DNA of 64,000 nt from Tubulanus polymorphus (taxonomy: Eukaryota > Animalia > Nemertea), in contig NC_134031.1 of assembly GCF_964204645.1 (NCBI RefSeq), forward strand, positions 10,790,088 to 10,854,087, read 5' to 3'. Shown here one piece after another: positions 1-13,320 of the stretch (position 1 is its first letter; every line of letters starts with the position of its first letter). The notes below the pieces were generated by a model. It worked only from the letters and a program-made list of their open reading frames with translations. It was not told the origin of the DNA and did no database searches. The translations under genes were made by a program, and so were the position numbers.

Positions 1-692
1 ATGGATCTTGGGCGTGTGGTCACTGCGGAAAATAGTGGATGCACGCTACCTGCCGTGGCGCACTGATATTATTTTGGTGTTTAAATTATTTTTTTTTTCA
101 AACAAAATAAACTCCATTCATCAAAATGCCTCGCTTGTTTTGTGGAATATGTAGTTAAACTTCGACTTTGTCATCAATATTTCTTGCGACTGTGATTGAA
201 ACTCCCACACTCAGTTAATTCAAGTGATATAATCGGGATGGAAATCTCAGCTGGCCAATTTATTTACGCTGGTTTTTACGTAAAGAGTAGCGACCGTCTG
301 AAACTGCAAAGAATGATCCGGCCTTATCCGAATTCCAAAAGTCTTCACTGCGTAGTGTCCGGAGCACTCCCCAGTCTCTCGGCATTAGCGCTGAATATCG
401 CGCCGCGAGGCGTTAGACTATATCAGCGCACGCGTGCTGTATGATCAATATCTCCATGTACAATCATGTTCTGCATTATACACACACAGCGAGTGTATTG
501 AGCGTTGCCGTAGTAACTCGCTCCAGCAGCTTGAACTAACGAGTAATGTTGATTATTTTATAACCAAATTTAAACATCAGAATCAAATTTAAACCCAGCT
601 GCACCATCTACACCAAGTACAGAATATATGTACCAATATACAGAAAAATCAGTCCACACAAACAGCTTAAATCGTCTCATAAAGAAACATTC

Positions 693-760
693 ACAGACAG
701 ACAGACATGACGACGATGCCATAGATGGGTTCGCCTGACGATGAAACCCATCAAAAAAAA
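693..760 (+). mobile_element. 3' end of a non-autonomous Helentron/HINE-like element
   Basis: (ACAG)n microsatellite 693-707, then stem-loop GATGGGTT(724-731)/AACCCATC(745-752) followed by an A-run; 5' end not located. Confidence 0.35.
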
Positions 761-3136
761 ATAACCAAATATTTATTTGCTCAATCCGTTCAATTCGCCC
801 ATTAGTAGTGAAATTACAGGCTACTGAAATTGCGTTTGAGTGTGCTAAAAATACCTTTGAGCATAGTGTATCAAGGATTATCGATTGGCCAGACCATTGC
901 TACGAGACCCAAAAACAAAATAGCCGCTTTTTCAAACAGGCTTTGGGTCTAGGAATGACATCCTGCACATGTGTGGCTAAGGTTAATGATAAATGCTTAA
1001 GATTTGAGATGAAAATAATCATATTATGAGCCTCATACTGGGGCTACATATGTGGCGTTAGGCTACCTTCAGCTTAATGTCAAACTCACACTACCAAAAT
1101 GGCCCGCATGGGGTGGATAAGGAAGAAGGGAATAAGAAAGTAAGGAAATATTCATAGGGCTTATGAGTTGACTGGTACAGCACGAAGATGCTTCATGTTT
1201 TTCTTGCCTCCCATGTCCCTGTAAATTCTACGATACCACTGGTATTTTGACGTTGTAAACATTGGGGTATTTCTAGAACAAAGAAAATGCAATAATGCAT
1301 TTCAGAATGAATACGATTGATATCACTGGATGAACTTCCATTTCACTCCACCCACCCGTGTTTCGCCAATAGCATTCTATTTTAGCAAAAAGCTTCTTCA
1401 TTAATGTGCAAAGCTTTTGCATTTAGTCCTTATGCACAGATATCACACGCATTGTCCACACGCGTTTTAAACACTGGATGAAAAATAGCCACCAGTCACA
1501 ACCTGTTGACAAAAGTGCACAATCTCTATAGGGGCCTATAAACATCCCCTATGGAGCTGCTGTCAAGGTAAAAATACTTACTATTTGAAGCTGAAGCACC
1601 AATGTAATGCGCCGACAATGCCACAAAATAATGAAAAAATTCATCATAATCGCCTGAATTGAGAATTTCTTCTTTTCTGTAAATAATATGAAAATTTCAA
1701 AGTAAACAAGAAACCCATTGGCAGTGCTAGGCCTACTAGAAGACTCGACTGTTACAACAAAACCTCACTATAGTGAACAAATTACTACTTCACTACAAGG
1801 AGGTATAATGCAACTCTGTACCAGAAAAAAATGTTCACTGTTCACAATCAGGTGTCCAATATAGGGAGGTACTGATGTATTATGTATTCCATATAGGAAA
1901 ATTTTATGACCGAGCAAATGTTGCTTGAAGGAATTGGATGGCCTAGCTCAGCCAGATTTGATAGTTCTTCAAAATCACAGGTGGCCTAAAAATGACAAAC
2001 CAGAAAGCTAATTGAATTCTTAAATTAAGTCTACCACACATGGGAGGTAGAGTATGCGTTTCATACATGAATGTCCACAACTTCTGTTAAATCAATGTAG
2101 AAAACAAGGAAGCTTTGGATTAAACGCTCACGACATCTTTCTATTAGGCCAGGCTTTTTTATTTTGTTGGTTTACGGATAAGGTAGGTTTAACACGTTCG
2201 CTGCCACCTAGCGGTTTAAGGTCCGGTCGCAATTGCCGACGCTAATTTTTGACATTATACAATTGATATGCTGCCAGCACTATTTGTACATTGATAAATC
2301 AATACACTGATCCATTCTAGTATTAAAAAACCAATAACGGATAACTCGTCACTGGCACTGGTGAAGAGATTCTAAATTTTTTTGTTATTTATCAAATTTA
2401 ATGACCCTAAAACTGCAATGAGTTGCGGTGTCGTGCGGATCGGCACGCACGGTCTCGCTCCGAGCAGCAGAGACATATTTTTCGCGAGAGAAATCAATTT
2501 TTGAATTGACATTTGAATTTTCCTGCTGATAGTTTATTCGATTTTTTTTCTGGCAGAAAATAATTATGCAATTGATGCATTTCAACGAGTCTTCCATTTT
2601 TTCTCTGGTACCATAATTGAAAAATTCGTAGGTATTTTTCGTCTTCCTTTACTTTCTCAAAACAAAAATTAACACCAGGTCAAATTCTTCAATCTTGCAA
2701 AAAACCGTCTCAGTTTCACGATAATGTCGGTTTTTACATTATGGTTTTATTAAGATGGTTGAAACCATTAAAAAATTCCTGATACAATCCAAATCGAAAT
2801 AGTAATCTTTTCAGCAGATGTGGCAAACCGACCTATCCCGGGTAGCCAAAGACAAGTTTATATTTAGTTAAGAATTGGGTCAAAGTTTTTTTCGTAGAAA
2901 ATTTAATTTCATTTGATCTGTTCATCATAATTTTCCTAATCAAATTATAAGCCTAATTTCTTCAATAATCTAATACTCGGGGCCCAAATCTACAGAACAA
3001 TTTCAATATCGAAATAAAATTGATACATTTTAAGAGTTAGTAATCCGAGTTTCTTTACAGTTTCATTGACAACAATTAATTTTCTCGGTGTTCCTATAGT
3101 AGTTACTCTACTGACAATATTTTGAGTGTTTTTGTT

Positions 3137-3611
3137 AGGCAGTGGATGTTTTGCCAATGCGGCATTATTCCTGTTAATGCCATTTTGCCAATGGCGTGTT
3201 CTGATTGGCTTATTGACGCTGCGCATGCGTACTGAGGTGCGTGACTTAGAAAATTCAAGGAAAGAGAAGGAGTTAGAGAAAATAACAGCAGAGAGCGAGA
3301 TTCGAGCCCGTACCAGCAGATTGCTAGTCGAGCGTCTTTCCACTAGACCATCGGGCTCACTCAAATCCACCTGCAAGTTTTCACTACATATATCCTCACT
3401 TTACCCTAACCCTATCCCTAGGGGTCAAAACGGACCCTAAACCTCACCCTAACCCTCTGGACCCTCTAAACCCTAACCCTAACGAAACCCTAACCCTAAA
3501 GCGAATATAATGATGTTATTGTTATATTCTATTACTACATCTTACTATATATAGCCATTGGCAAAATAGCGTTTACTAAAATAATGCTGCATGGCAAAAT
3601 ATCCACTTCCT
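3137..3611. mobile_element. Non-autonomous TIR element (MITE) with internal telomere-like CCCTAA repeats
   Basis: ~58-bp imperfect TIRs (AGGCAGTGGATGTTTTGCCAATGCGGCATTATT... / ...AATAATGCTGCATGGCAAAATATCCACTTCCT); degenerate CCCTAA repeats 3404-3500; T-rich flanks. Confidence 0.7.
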
Positions 3612-3739
3612 TTTTTTTTACACTCCATACGTGAACGAGTGTTTTCGAATCGCTATGATTTCTTAATCTGCAAATTAAATCAAGCTGCAGTGACGAAGCG
3701 TCGATCACTTAGATTTTATCTATTACATATTATATACTA

Positions 3740-3768
3740 CTAGAGTAATACCCGTGTAAATCACGGGT
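3740..3768 (-). mobile_element. Helitron-like 3' terminus
   Basis: CTAG (3740-3743) next to hairpin ACCCGTG-taaat-CACGGGT (3750-3768); other end not resolved. Confidence 0.45.
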
Positions 3769-6700
3769 GATTCCTTTGGCCCAGAACTTCAAAATGTTCA
3801 ATTTATTCGCAATGGAATTAAGTCAGACCATTTAAAATCTATGTGTTCATGCCCGTGGAGACCCTATGAGCTTTGTTGACCTGTACCCGTGGAGACCGGG
3901 AACTATCGGAGGTAAACAAAATATATCCATTGCGATATGATTATGATCAAACATATAATTCATAGACAAAAAATGCATTTGAATGTAAGTTATCCTCAAA
4001 TATTTTTCGTATCATAGTTTCCATCTTAGATGTTTCAGGTTCGCATTCAGTCAAATAGGAAGCGTTAAGCCACGTGACTGTCCCAACTTTCTGGCTGGCA
4101 CGACTTGAAGGGCGTTTCATCCGGTGATTTTATATAATAGTAAAGCGTCACGACTGTCTGATAATGATCCCTAACGACCAATTGTTTATCGGAACTTTAT
4201 AGCGGATAAATAAACAATATAAACACAAGGTATTTCCGTGATATTTAGAATTTACTTGCAGTTCATATTTAGCGCCATTCTCGCGAGATCATCAACAACG
4301 CGGAAATAAAATCCAAGCCCATCGCCAAACCCCTGTAATTTCCTTAATTCCGCTACTACAATGACCAATAAATCATAGTCAGTAACCTGTCTGTGGTTTA
4401 GTTTCACGATCGGATATTTTCACAAACCAATCAGGAATGGGAAGGTCATTTTTGTATGCAGTCTTCGTGAGTCAATTTGACTCACAAGTAATTTGCCTGG
4501 CATTTCATTGTCTCTTAAGATATCAATCTAATGTTTGTTGTAATCAACGCACAACAGATTCGTAGTTTGTTTGATACCTGTGTAACACCTCACCTGACGA
4601 TTTTAATCCATGTGCAAATTGGCCATTTAGTGAGAGTAAATTTCTGTCAATTCAACGGCGGCCATTTTGAAAACTTGTGGAGGGTGCTGGCACCTGTGGA
4701 CTGAGGCCAAGAGAACAGCACAAACTAACGAAACAAAACGACCAAATTGAAAAAATTAAGAAATCAACCAAGCCAAAATTCTGATAATTTGGGGCTGATT
4801 TCCTCGATTCAAACCGACAGGTCGGCCATGTTTCCGCACTAATTACCACCTAAAAACATCTGAATAAATATATCTCAATAAATTTAATTGAATTGACAAA
4901 ATTTCGTTTTTGGGCATATAACTTTTCTTCATCAGAACATCTTTAAATCAATAGCTAAGTATGAAAATAATGCAAAGATACGCCTCATTTTCAGAGATGG
5001 TTATGTTTGAAAACATGGTTTTTTGCAAAGTTTTAATGTCATGACATTTCAGTGGAGGGTTAGAAACTTTGATTGACATCCAATATGGCGTTGTTGACGT
5101 CGCGAATTGGCGAATTTACACGCAATTTAGGGCCCAAAATAACAAGATTTTATCATCCTAGAAAAAATTATTTTCCTTGGTCAAAAGTTACTGATTTTGA
5201 ATCCCTAGACCTCCCTGATAATAAATATGCTGAAATAAAAATTTTTGGGAGGGGGGTACGAAAGTGCAATAGCGCCCATTTTTCTTCATCCAGAATTAAT
5301 TATTTGATTATTTACCATAGAAAGCACGAAGGTTTGAAATATATGCTGGAAAACCATCAAAAATAAAAATTGTCGTTTCGGCTTGGAAGTTTTATTTAGG
5401 CCTAAATCCTTGTAGGTCACCTTGACTATCATGCCACATGTATGCAATACAGAGAAATGGCGGCCAATGGTAGGCATGTTCATGTCTGCGCGGGGCGCCA
5501 CTATCGATTGTGACGACCATTATTGATTAGGAAAAGTGTGATGCGCGTTTTTACTACGCGTTTTGACATCGCGTCGTAAAATCATTCATAAAACCTGTCT
5601 ATCAATGCAAATGAGCTAAAATCTTTTGGAATCAACCAATAAGATCGATCTTTATCACTTGGGGGTTGGTTTAGTGTATAAATCCGCATTTTAGTCGAAG
5701 AAAATAGAAATCGAAATATACCCTTTTTCAAGAGCAAAATTCGTCAGCTTAGGACCCGGAATAAGCTACGAATCATCAGGAATCGGAAGGTTTAGGATCT
5801 TAAAATTCAAATACTGAAGACCGCATGATTTTATTTCGTGTCGGAGCTGAGCGATCGCTGCCGGAAAAGTCGATGTCTAAGTTTTGCGTTGAAGCGAGCG
5901 ATACAAAATGGCGGCCGGCACTTGTTATTGAATGATGACGCGCCGCACTGCTCGTGATGAGATCAATATTCAACAATCATTCATCAGTCTAGCGGTGAAT
6001 TATTGTATTTATTTTCCGATTCGTAATTATTCATCACTATATTTCTGAATATTAGGACAGATTTAGCGAAATGATCGGCAAAAAAATTTTTTTTGCGCGC
6101 GCATCACCACTACGCTCCCGTCAGTAAAGCGGCTGTTGAAAGAGGGAGGCGTCTAATGGGATGAATTGAGGCTTGTGACGGGCAAAAATAGAGGCGCGTG
6201 ATGGGACAATGAGGCGCCCGAGGGGATTTTCCAAAAGCAGCAAAATTTAAATATATATAAAATATTGTTGAAATTTAGCTCAAAACAGAACAAATGGATT
6301 ATTATTTAGTTATTATTAGTAGTATTATTACTATTGCTTGGTTTATGTTTCTAAACTGATTGATTTTATTATGATATCATGAATATATTTCAAATTTCAG
6401 CGTTTTGAGCTAGGCCAAGCCTAATTTTCTGCTTTTCATAACTAAAATTCATTTAGCAAATAATATATAAAATTGGTATACTTAAATCAATTTGCAATAG
6501 GAGCCTATGGCTATAGACCTAACTGACAGGCCTTGAAAATCATGTTTATTCATTTCAAAAATTATGTAGTGAAAAAAATAATTTCATCTGAAATCATATC
6601 AATATTTCTCAATATTTCACATTTTTTCTTGCCGTTACCATGGAAACCTAATAATAATAATAATCTATATAATAATAGATATTCCTAGATAAACTTAGGG

Positions 6701-6958
6701 CAAATGTAAACTATTGATAACTAGTTATTCTATCCCCTTTCTACATCTTAACTTTTGATCTAACATCGATATTTTCATTATTTTCCCATTTTTCGGCTGG
6801 TTTCCATGGAAACCATAGGCATTTGGAATCAGATAAAAATTTTGGGTCTTTCAACTGTCACCTGAAAGTACTATGAGTGTATTGCTCTTTAAATTTCTAG
6901 TCTATCTCTTTTAGTTTAAGAGATATTGAAGTTTGTTTACATGAAATATTGCCTTCTT

Positions 6959-7341
6959 AGATCACAGTTTTTGTGTATTGAAACATGAAGACACTTTTCG
7001 CTCAAATTTTCAAACTTCAATTTGCGATATCTCGAAAATTACTGAAGATAATTCAAAAATTTAAAAAGGATATTGTTATTTGAGCACTCCCCATTCCCCT
7101 TTCTTTCAGTAAGATTGGAGCTATTTGAATTTTTTATGGATATAGCTAGGTATATCCATAAAAAATTCAAATTGCCCCAATCTTACTGAGACAAAGCTTA
7201 TTGGAATAAGGAAGGCTCAAATAACAATATGCTTTTTAAATTTTTGAATTATCTTCAGTAGTTTTTGAGATATCGCACTTTAAAGTTGGCAAATTTGAGC
7301 GAAAAGTGTCTTCATATTTCAATACGCAAAAACTGTGATCT
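6959..7341. repeat. Long imperfect palindrome inside the hAT-like element
   Basis: Arms of ~190 bp centred on GGATATAGCT|AGGTATATCC at 7147/7148. Confidence 0.9.
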
Positions 7342-8539
7342 TTGTTGTGTAATTCGTGCACATATTTTACAGTAAAAGTGCTATATCTTGAAAACTACAT
7401 ATGATAATTACACAATTCAAAAAGTTATTTCATGTGAATACTTAGACCTTGAATTTGAGATAGGTTAAATTATTTGGGGGTCTCGCACTTGACCCCAGTT
7501 GCCATGGAAACAAGTAAAATAGGCCTAAAAGTTGTTAAAACAGTTATTTTAAGTTATTTAATGTATTATACATGTCTAACTAATTAACCCCTGACAATAA
7601 ACATAATCCAAATGTTGTATAAAACTTGATAGATTTAATTTCAAAAGGGTTGCTATGGCAACAGTGTCAAAAATTGAGATTTTGATGAAATTGGTGTTTA
7701 ACATAGGTTTCTTGGGTGAAATCAAGGATACAATATGATCATTAGCCCCCTCTGAACACCATGGAAGGTCTTTATGCTGATGAAATAATATTTTTAATAG
7801 AAATTATGACTTTTCGACTCAATTAAACAAGAAAGGTACGGAACAAATTTTTTTCTGAGAAATTCAGAGCCGTAATATTCTAGAATATCATTCTACATTA
7901 GGTTATAGTGCCAATCTATGAAAATAATGGCTGTAATCAAAGGTTTATTCTCTAAAATTATCCTGGATTGAATTAAATAGATAGCCAGACCAAATAATCT
8001 AAAAATAACCTGGCTGGCAGGGTGCCTCGGCTGTTGCTAGGGGGCCAAAAAACTTTAACAAAATGTATACATTTTTTGTGCGCTCCTATGCGCGTGTACA
8101 TATAGATTCATATAGATGCTTTAAAATGAATTCGCAGGCAGTTTTCATGCTCTGAAGGTTTTTAAACCATTGAGCACCACTGGTTTAATCCAGAACTCAT
8201 TTTTTGGTAGAATTGTGATCTAAGGGTTGCATAATCTATGACTACTACTATTTAGTAAAACCAGAGTGAAAATACGGTTGAACAGTATGTGAGACTGAAT
8301 CTAGTGGTTTTGTATGGGCTTTTAGGGATAGAATAATGAAAATCCTTCTGCCGCTGGTACCCCAGCTACTCTTCTCGATTGCACATCTTTGGATCTTTTA
8401 CATGCACTTTAAAAAAGAATGTACATGCCCGGCCTTTGATAAACCAGTTGGGAGCACTGGTATATTCTGACCTAATAACTTGGCTTCACTGGTGCTAAAC
8501 ACACCAGGCACTCTATCCAGCCATCAGGTCATCAAAAAT

Positions 8540-8990
8540 AAGAATTTGAAAGAATCAAATAAATAAAGAAAAATACAACTGAAGATTAATAAAAATGAAA
8601 CTTAACAAAATATACTGGAATGCAACACAAACATAGGTTAAAGATTTGGAAGATTAAATATAAGAAAGAGTATATGTAATAAAAGAAAAGACATAACTAA
8701 AGATTAAAACAGAATAAATATAACATAAAATATAAATAATTAAGGATAGACACAACTGAAAATTTGAAAAGAATTAATATAACAAAAATATAAAAAATTG
8801 AAAAACAAAAATATAAATAATTGAAAAGAATGAATGTATAACAAAAATATAAATAATTAAAAATAGACACAACTAAAGATTTGAAAAGAATTGACATAAC
8901 AAAAATATAAATAACTTAAAAGTACAACTAAAGATCTGAAGGGAATTGACTTCAGAAAAAGTAAAGATAAATATATTCCTAGTTGATAAA
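8540..8990. repeat. Degenerate AT-rich tandem repeat (~55-60 bp unit)
   Basis: Recurring AAGATTTGAAAAGAATT...ATAACAAAAATATAAATAATT...ACAACT. Confidence 0.6.
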
Positions 8991-9282
8991 AAGATAAGTG
9001 AAGTTGACCAAAAGATAAGTGAAAGTAAATTAGTTCTGTGAAAAATATCAACGACACCCCAATAAATCTGTAATAGATAACTATAGTAAATAAAATAAAT
9101 TACCAAATGATACTAAATTATCAGGGTTTTGTTATTGCCCGATTCAACAACACTTAGACTTAAATAAATTATACAACAATAATAAGTTATTCAACAACAA
9201 TAAATACGAGTATTGAATTTTTTTTAGATAAATATAACAATGAAACTCAACAAGAATAAATAATATTCATATTCAAATATTT

Positions 9283-9287
9283 ATATA

Positions 9288-9327
<40 letters not shown>

Positions 9328-9335
9328 CATATGTA
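9283..9335. repeat. (AT)n microsatellite
   Basis: Direct reading. Confidence 0.95.
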
Positions 9336-9379
9336 CATATTTACAGCAGGTTAATAATGTTCATTAGCAAGTTTGATTT

Positions 9380-12300
9380 TCAAGGGAATAGCTCTAGGTC
9401 ATTACGCATAATATCAACAATAATTTCATCAGCCGACATATAACAAAATTCACCATTATCAAATACAACTTTAAAATCTAGAATTCCGCGCTTAGTTACT
9501 TCTACTGACTCAAAATATCCATTATACCATTTGGTTGTCCCTTCATCTAGCCATCTCTGCGAAAAATTACTACTAACTAAACTATGCGGTGTAATTATCA
9601 GTTCAAATAAGTCTATCATTTCTAATGGAATGGCAATATCAAATAGCTTATTCATGATCGATTTCAAATCTTCTAAAGTGGACTTGCTAAATGTTATCTT
9701 CGACTCAGGCTGACATTGAAAGATTCTAGTTCGAATATTAATCTGAGATTTAATTACTTCTAAGGATTTTGTTTTAGAATGTCCAGCCAGATAACTTTCC
9801 ATCATATCGGGTCCAGTCCACAGACCCCCAGATTGAAACATACATTCGAGCCATTGTTCAAATTTAGCTCTGTCGCGATCTTCCTTTTCTAATTTCTTTT
9901 TTCGCGCCTCAAGTAGTTTATTTTGAATTTTCTCAGAATGTTCCTCTTCATCTAATCTATCCTGCTCGTTTATATTCTTAACTGATCTTCTAGCTAGACT
10001 AATTACACTTTCTTTATCAACATCTGACTTCGATCGCAACCATTCGCCTGTTTATTCTTTCGAAACATAACCTTAGCTTCTATATAGCCAGTTTTCACAT
10101 TTCTGGCACGCGCAATTTCCTGATCTGCTGACGCAAAATTTCGTTCTCCGCTTATGTTTGTATTTGAGCAGGATGCGGCTTCTTCTAATAGCTGAGCAGA
10201 TGGATTGTCAAAAATTCCACCTGGAAGTTGAGATTTCAATTGCCTGTCCATCACATTCAAACATGCTTGGCACAGGTCTTTCAATAAACTTAAAAGTGGT
10301 TCCGTCTGAATGACTTGGTGCTGTTAAACTTCGAAATACAGCATCACTCTGGATATCAACAAGATCAAAAGCACAAGGAGCATCAGGTGTCAATAGACTA
10401 CTAGCATCCTTTGCCCAAGCACCAAGTCTTGAATGAGCTATTTCAAAGTGCTCATTCATTTCAAGAATATTCCGCGTTTGGCCTAAGAGTCGCATCCAAG
10501 GTCCGGTTAAAACTTTGCCTATGATTCCCTGACTACGTAAACATAGATCCAATTCATCTAATTGTAATGCGTTCAGTACACTTGTTTGAACAACATTTCG
10601 AGGACTGAAAGTGTCATTGAAAAATTCGATAACTCCTAATTTATAATGGTATAATGAACCGCATGAGAGGAAAACTACATGAAACCTATTGCCAACAAAA
10701 CGATTATAAAGTACTGATTTTCTTCTTTCTGTTTCAGGTACGATTCCTTTAGAATGAAGAAAACTGCTCAATACAGTGCTACAGTTGTACTTTGTGTCAT
10801 GAAATAATTTACTGGTTGTTCTGACTGTAGCTACTGTGTTGCTCTCGCCGCGATGTAGAAAGGGATAATTGACGCCAATCTTTTTGCTGGCTATGTCAAC
10901 TGATGCCTCATATATCTTGATCACTTTCTCACAGTCGCCTGCCATTGCCTCTAGTGGGTGCATGGCACATTTAAAGTTAGGCTATTCAAGTTATGGCCTA
11001 TCAAGTTTTCTAATTTTTTTTCAATCGCTGTATTCGTAGTGACACGATCAGACATGGTGTTTTTGATCTTATTCAAAGTAGAGTTGGAATCTACTGAATT
11101 CTGAGAATTCGAAGAATCGATTCTATTGCATGCTTTAACGATGGTTTTAGTATATTCATCAGCAGTTCCACCGGCTTGAATGGTTAGTCCCATTAGTAAG
11201 TCGCCTTGTTTGGTGGCTACCTCAACTTCTACAAGATGTCCTAGTTTTTTTGTAGTTCCATCGTATTTCACTGTGAGATTATCTTCTTTCTCAATGGTTT
11301 CTTGAACCTGAGACCTAGAGGCAGCTTTCATTTCTTTAGTGAATCGATTCTGGGTTGTATACGAAGGGATATTTCCAGATAGTTCAGTATCCGTGAGAGC
11401 AGAATTTACTAATTTAATGGCAGTTGAAACATTTTTTTGAGAAATTCCTAAGTTCTGCAGATGATAGCTAGCTTCACGAATTTTATGCGAATACGTTCTT
11501 CCGTCCATTTTAGTGCCTAATACCTGATTCTCCCTATTTTCTAGAGTCAAACATTTATCCTGTAGATGACTAACTTCTGAATTAAGAGATGAAATCCTTT
11601 TTACCTTTCCACAGAGATTTTCTTGATGTTCCAAAAGAGATCCATTTAAATTCTGGGAATGTTTTTCTTTTAAGCTAGATCTGGATAATAGTGAACGGGA
11701 TTTTGTTTTTGATTTATTCTTGTGAAGTTGCCTGATAGTTCGTTTGGCTTTCTGCAGTTTGGACTGAAGCCTGGCAACATTCTGAGCCTCACTTGTTGAT
11801 TTTAAATCCAAATATCTTGATTTCCATAATTTTTGCTGAAGCTTCTTTCCTTTTCATGAGGAAATTAGTGCGGCTCGTATTGCAATTTCTCAGTTTTTGC
11901 TTCAATTGCAAATTCTCCATTTCAAGTGAATCATTTCTACTTTTTAGATTGCTATTCTGTTCTTCTAAGGATCTTAATCTATCTTTAGCTTCAGCTATTT
12001 CACGAGCCATAGTTATGGAGACTTCGTTCACTATATCTTGTTCAAATGAAACCCTTTGTCGCTTTGAAGCCAAAGGGTTGGATTCTGAAGATGGTTCTGG
12101 TGTAGTAATTGGATCGACATTAGGCGGGATGTAAGTTTGATTTAGGTATTCTGAAGGAGACTTGCTTTTGGATATAGCCCTCCTTTTGCAATGAACTTGA
12201 CTGAATGAAGATCTTATTATTCTACCTGAATGTATACCGGATATGTGTGGGTATACATAGCCTAATGTCTTAGCTATTTCAATCCATGAGATTTTGGCTT

Positions 12301-12390
12301 TTGTAGCGTAATTGAAAATCTCATATACATTCCCATTCTTTGTCAGCAGGATTCAAACGTTTTAGATTATCTAGGTTTTCGCTATCGATT
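9380..12390 (-). pseudogene. Frameshifted DDE transposase (hAT-like) with N-terminal coiled coil and C-terminal Tudor/Spin-like domain
   Basis: Overlapping ORFs 11789-12073, 10951-11811, 10208-10963, 10003-10284, 9380-10039; motifs YDGTTK, MSDR, C-x2-H(PL), NRF, NISGERNFA; C-terminal RW..KWYNG..FKVVFD. Confidence 0.75.
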
Positions 12391-12579
12391 CCTAAAGAAT
12401 CACAGAAAGGACCAAGTGAGGTAGCCATGATTGAACTATGGAACTGCAGTAAATCTCTGTTTTATAATCCTTATTGAATAAACCCTTTTAAAATGATAGA
12501 ACACTATATATTCATATAATCCGCTATAACGCGAGTGGCAAATATGTACCCTAATTGCTATTGATTCTAACCCTGAAAA

Positions 12580-13320
12580 ATGATCCAAACTTGAAATAGT
12601 TTGAATAAATCCTAACTTGAAATGGTTTGAATTAAAACAAAAGTAATTCAAACTTTGAGAATGATCCTAACTTGAAATACTCGAAACAACCGAACTTGAA
12701 ATGGTTTGAATAAATCCTAACTTGAAATAGATTGAATTTAAAAAAGATTAATTCAAACTTTGAGAATGATCCTATCTCGAAATAATTTGAATAAATCTAA
12801 ACTTGGAATAGTTTGGATAAATCCTAACTTTAAATAGTCTGATGAACTTAACTTGAAATAGTTTGAATGATCCTAACGTGAAATATTTTGGGTAAATCCT
12901 AACTTGAAATAGAACGAATTGTAACTTGAAATAGTTTGAATTAAAACAAAAATTAATTCAAACTTTGAGAATAAATTCTAACTTCAAATAGTTTGAATAA
13001 ATCCTAACTTGGAATAGTCTGAATAAATCCCGACTTAGAATGGTCTAAAAGAATCAAACTATGACTTAAAATACACTGTAGTCTGAACAAATCCTGACTT
13101 TGGAGTTTGAATTTAAACAAAAATAATTCAAACTGAAAATAAATCCTAATTTGAAATAGTCTGAAAAAAACTTGATATAGTTTGAATCAAAACTAAATTA
13201 ATTCAAATTTGAGAATAAATCCAAACTTGAAATAGTGAGCGAATAGATCCTAACTTGAAATAGTCTGAATTAAAGCAAAATTAATTCAAACTTTGATAAT
13301 GATCCTAACTTGAAATTGAA
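12580..13320. repeat. Minisatellite, ~26-bp unit AATCCTAACTTGAAATAGTTTGAAT
   Basis: Many degenerate copies interleaved with TTAAAACAAAAxTAATTCAAACTTTGAGA higher-order units, upstream of the transposase. Confidence 0.85.

Noticed and set aside
3404-3500. True telomere
   Set aside because: Short, degenerate and enclosed within MITE TIRs
196-5366. Short ORFs as host genes (also 14600-19471)
   Set aside because: No recognisable domains or coherent exon structure
12580-13320. Minisatellite as a CRISPR array
   Set aside because: Degenerate adjacent units without unique spacers; eukaryotic TE context; no cas genes
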